Origin: an uncultured Methylobacterium sp.
Lineage (GTDB): Bacteria > Pseudomonadota > Alphaproteobacteria > Rhizobiales > Beijerinckiaceae
Length of the DNA stretch: 64,000 nucleotides
NCBI RefSeq assembly: GCF_964242245.1
Contig: NZ_CAXTBY010000003.1
Location: 31,294-95,293, forward strand
Direction of reading: 5' to 3'
The notes beneath the pieces are model-generated. The model had not been told where the DNA came from. It made no database searches and worked only from the letters and a program-made list of their open reading frames with translations. Both the position numbers and the translations under genes were made by a program. Positions 63,623 through 64,000 of this stretch are shown here, one piece after another (position 1 is the first letter of the stretch; the number at the start of each line of letters is the position of its first letter).

Positions 63623-64000
63623 AATCGGCCTCCATGTCGAGGGGGGCGGAGACCGGCGTGGCGGGCGCCGGCACGGGCTCGGAGGGCGTGCGTTCGTTGG
63701 CCGGCTTCGGCTGCTTCCTCGGCGCGACGCGCGGCTTGGCCTGGCGCGGCGCCTGACCCAGACCTGGCTCCGGTGCCGGATCGGGATCAGGCGTGGTCAC
63801 AGGATCAGAGAGCGCCGCGACCTTGGTTGCCCCAGGTGCCTCCAGGATCGCCTCGGGCTTGGCGTCAACCTCGCCGTCATCGTCCTCGTCGTCGAAAACG
63901 CCCTCCATCCGGAAGCTGGCGGGTGGCCGTGCGGCTGCGGGATCGATCCCAAGAGCGAAGAGACGACCGAGCCGCTTGAGGGTCTTGCGACGCCCGTTGC
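63615..64000 (-). CDS. C-terminal end of an ORF entering from the right window edge (presumed TniA/TnsB-type transposase)
   Basis: The frame is open from position 64000 down to TGA 63615-63617. It has an acidic/Pro-rich tail, and its stop overlaps the tniB ATG by 8 nt. Identity is inferred only from its position upstream of tniB. Confidence 0.35.
   Translation of the reverse strand, partial: NGRRKTLKRLGRLFALGIDPAAARPPASFRMEGVFDDEDDDGEVDAKPEAILEAPGATKVAALSDPVTTPDPDPAPEPGLGQAPRQAKPRVAPRKQPKPANERTPSEPVPAPATPVSAPLDMEADYD

Larger units (their letters stand above)
51963..64000 (-). mobile_element. Tn7-like transposon (partial; the right part runs off the window) carrying a defence-type cargo operon
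   Basis: Minus-strand order is tniA(3' end)-tniB-tniQ with overlapping stops and starts, then cargo, then a TGTG-initiated terminus with three direct repeats at 51963-52102. Confidence 0.55.

Overview
High-GC alphaproteobacterial chromosomal window. It looks Rhizobiales/Methylobacterium-like from gene content (irr-fabA-fabB-fabI block, Mn catalase, HWE kinase, hydroxypyruvate-reductase-like dehydrogenase), but the taxon is inference only. I can support about 55 CDS; the many long antisense ORFs in the track are GC artefacts. I saw no rRNA, no intact tRNA and no CRISPR array.

Most of the window is housekeeping: bioD, fatty-acid synthesis, a NitT/TauT-type ABC transporter, two OAH-sulfhydrylase paralogs, two-component systems and a DUF1800/DUF1501 pair.

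Four regions stand out:
1. 51.96 kb to the window end is a Tn7-like transposon (tniA C-terminus, tniB, tniQ). Both tniB and tniQ are frameshifted, and the left-end-like terminus starts TGTG and carries three direct repeats.
2. The cargo of that transposon (52.98-60.5 kb) is a tightly coupled three-gene operon: an HTH/PD-(D/E)xK nuclease, a 1186-aa DinG-like helicase and a protein of about 890 aa. I read this as a pPIWI-RE-type module. That family is predicted only computationally and, to my knowledge, is mechanistically uncharacterised. This is the best candidate for the exciting system.
3. 20.2-27.4 kb is an eight-gene operon with seven consecutive overlapping gene junctions. It links a ModA-like binding protein, cytochrome b and a Mo-oxidoreductase lipoprotein to DUF2064, a GT-C-like membrane protein, a radical SAM/SPASM enzyme, a GT2 and an aminotransferase.
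4. Two decayed accessory patches. One is an AT-shifted orphan tadE-tadE-tadG(vWA) operon with a truncated paralog (13.7-17.25 kb). The other is a relic integrative element with a tRNA 3' fragment, a truncated DNA-binding gene and a frameshifted integrase (34.8-35.8 kb).

All family assignments come from reading motifs by eye; no searches were run.
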